Source: Podarcis vaucheri (Eukaryota). From it: 64,000 nucleotides of DNA. Made by a program: the position numbers and the translations under genes. Shown here in pieces: positions 61,373-64,000 of the stretch (position 1 is the stretch's first letter; every line of letters starts with the position of its first letter). Under the pieces are notes generated by a model, which saw only the letters and a program-made list of their open reading frames with translations, searched no databases and had not been told where the DNA came from. Location of the stretch: the NCBI GenBank assembly GCA_965113315.1, contig OZ220372.1; one strand, written 5' to 3'.

Positions 61373-62600
61373 TCCACCAACACTGGTCTTTGCTGATAAT
61401 TTGAATGATATGTTCCCTTAATGAACATGTCCTGTTTAATCCCAGTTGCTGGTGTCTTTTTCTTTCCATCTGAGAGTTTCATACCTTTCTCTTTTTTAAA
61501 AAGAAAAGAAATCCTCAAAAGCAGAACGGTAAGCAAGAGCTGGTTCCACCTTCAGTTCAGTATTCCACAAGAAACCTTTGAAAGAATGTTCCCTCACCAC
61601 TTTTCAATGGAAAAACTTTGCCTGTTGGAAACAAAAACTTTGCCTGGTTTTACTGCTGTCGTCAAGAACAAACCAATCTCTTTTAGCTCACTACTGTGTT
61701 TTGGATTGCTTGGAACACTCCCAGCCTTGAAACATTCTTATGGCATAGAAAATAACTTGGGAAGCTGAGAAATTTCAGCACAAAAGATTGCAACATCACG
61801 GTACACCTGTGCTCAAATAATTACGCTTCTGCCCAACCCAAGGCCTGACGCAGGAATGTCAATGATAGGAAATAATAATTTTAAAAGTTGGAAGAGTTTT
61901 TGAAAGGTAGACATGACGTATGGGGTTTGTTGGGTGTAGCAAACGCTTCTTTGTGTTTCCAACGACCTCATGGCAATGTAATTATTTAACATGCTGAGGT
62001 TTAACTTCCTCTTTTCAATTCCTGGGAAATGTCACCTTTTAATTTTTTTTTAAGGTTAGGATAAAGTGTATATAGCAGCTAACCTGTCTCTCATGTCTAC
62101 GGCTCCCACTTGCATTATACAGTATCACACCACTTTAACAACACTGGGCTTCCCAAATCCTGGTAAGATGTAGTTTACTAAGGGTGCTCAGAGCTGTTCT
62201 CTTTTAATATCCATTTTAGCATACAAATAAAAGAAGAAAATAAAATGCACTTCCACTAGTCATGCTGTATACTGATAGCAAACTCATTATCCAAGAGCAA
62301 GTCATTCTGTAGCCAAGATGACAACAGCCACGCAAAAGAGGGAGGAATCAACAGGACTGGGGGAGCCCCAAGATTTGCAGGAGTGCTATTTGAAACCATT
62401 TACCGGTACTTCTAAGTTCTAGAGGGATAGCTCCAGGACAAAGCTACATAGGCAAAGAAAAAGCGCTTTATATGCATTGTATATGTATTATAACACTGTG
62501 ACACCAGATGGTGCTGTGGAGTTCTGGTTTTGCCAACCCGATTTCTTGTACAAAGTTTACGACGCGTTTAACTGAAGCGCTTCTTTGATGTGTCTAGACC

Positions 62601-62741
62601 CAGCCTCAGTTGGTTAGAGTGTGGTGCTGATAATGCCAGGGTTGCAGGTTGGATCCCTGTAAGGGACAGCTGCAAGTTCCTGCATTGCAGGGCATTGGAC
62701 TGGATGATTCTTAGGGTCCCTTCCAACTCTTTAATTCTATG
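62601..62741 (+). mobile_element. tRNA-derived SINE with CR1-type 3' tail
   Basis: CTCAGTTGGTTAGAGTGTGGTGCTGATAATGCCAGGGTTGCAGGTTGGATCCC head followed by GGACTGGATGATTCTTAGGGTCCCTTCCAACTCT tail. Confidence 0.75.
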
Positions 62742-64000
62742 GAAGTTAGTAACATATGGGGGCATGTGTAGCTAAGACTGCAAAAAATAAGAGCACAGCA
62801 CAGCACAGCACCACACCATTGCTGCACAAGTTCAAAAGTATATGAATTCCCGACCTCTACAGAAAAATCACAGTTCTGGACCATAAAACTTTGTTAACAG
62901 TGCAATTGCATGACTTGGATTCGCCTAGAACAGCAACCCATGTGGTTTGTGGGTCTATTGCTCTTTTGATACACATGGATTCTCCTGGGTCAACTCATAT
63001 GACAGTAAAACATGAATAGTCATTTTCTTTTTTAAAAAATCTCATCTTTAAAGCTGTTCTATATTAAGCAGCACACTTTAAAGCTTTGCTTGCTTAATTC
63101 ACACTGTCATTGTCTGTCCCAGCTGCTTATTTAGTACCTTTTCTGATGTAGCCTGGGAATGATTTCCTTTGGGCTTTCACATTATCGTATTACAACATAC
63201 AACCCAGACTATTTATACTGGTGGTTAATGACATTATCTCAGTGGAATTCACTGGACTTTATATATATATATATGCAAGACAAGATATGCTTGGTGTATA
63301 AATTAAGTGTTACATCATTCTTATTATTAAAATGTAGAGACCTTTATAGTTACAGTATTAGTGCTGCATTTTATTTTTTTAAAAAAATTGTTTTAAATCA
63401 CTACATTAAAAAAATTCTGCTAAAGATGGAGAGAGAGGCAGAGGGGAAGGAGGGAGAAAGGGAGAGAGTGAGAGCGAGAGAGACCCTTTAAAAATCTGAA
63501 AGTAGATACTAATTCCATTTGGCTAAATAAAGAAGATAGACAGATAGACCAAAATAGTTTTGAAGTGCTCCCAAAGGACGATGAGTGGCTAATCTAATAT
63601 ATTCCTGCTGTCTTTTCTGCTGAAGTTACCTCCCCCATACATTTTTTCAAGCTGACTACAGAGATTTCAGAAAAAATGGGAATTTTGACATTGCACTATT
63701 CAAAGACCCCTGGGATTAAAAAACAGATAAGAAATAACATGACTCATAAACATCTGACAACTGACAATAGTGCAAAATATATGTAATTACTGCAACATCT
63801 TAAACATGTCTTAGCCTCAGATATGTAAAGGAAACAGAGTAGTTTCTTATTTATAAATTGAATATATAGGCTCCTAATTAACCCTTCCCTTGACAGGACA
63901 ATGCTAGACATTTTTACTTAGGGATATCTGCGTTCAGTGGGGCTACTTGTCAGTAAGTGTGTTTAAAATTATAAATCAAGGGCACAATCTGCCATGCATT

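Noticed and set aside
62601-62680. tRNA-like sequence (also heads at 6548, 41128 and 50790-50856)
   Set aside because: SINE heads fused to LINE-derived tails, not functional tRNA genes
26600-64000. Possible exons of the neighbouring paralogues SLC38A4 or SLC38A1
   Set aside because: No SLC38-like peptide seen outside 5390-16556

Overview
Vertebrate genomic DNA, almost certainly from a lacertid-type lizard (Sauria SINEs, BovB LINEs, CR1, L2, Penelope, hAT and Tc1/mariner MITEs). The only protein-coding gene is SLC38A2 (SNAT2, sodium-coupled neutral amino acid transporter 2) on the minus strand. It has 15 coding exons between 5390 and 16556, all with GT-AG introns, which splice to a 1527-nt CDS (508 aa). 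It also has a non-coding exon 1 in a CpG island (~17721-18255), an intron-1 CAAT/AARE/purine-box enhancer and a long 3' UTR. The remaining ~45 kb upstream is intergenic and TE-rich, with a second, orphan CpG island at ~25 kb. The most notable observations are Penelope insertions in (TA)n tracts carrying three hammerhead-ribozyme cores and long palindromes, a twin-primed 5'-inverted BovB nested in a SINE, a perfect 158-bp inverted duplication of apparently unique DNA, LTR-like elements carrying acidic Trp-rich ORFs, and a tight cluster of four Pumilio elements downstream of the gene. A 200-N assembly gap lies at 1228-1427. Family names and comparisons with mammalian genes come from recall, not from database searches.
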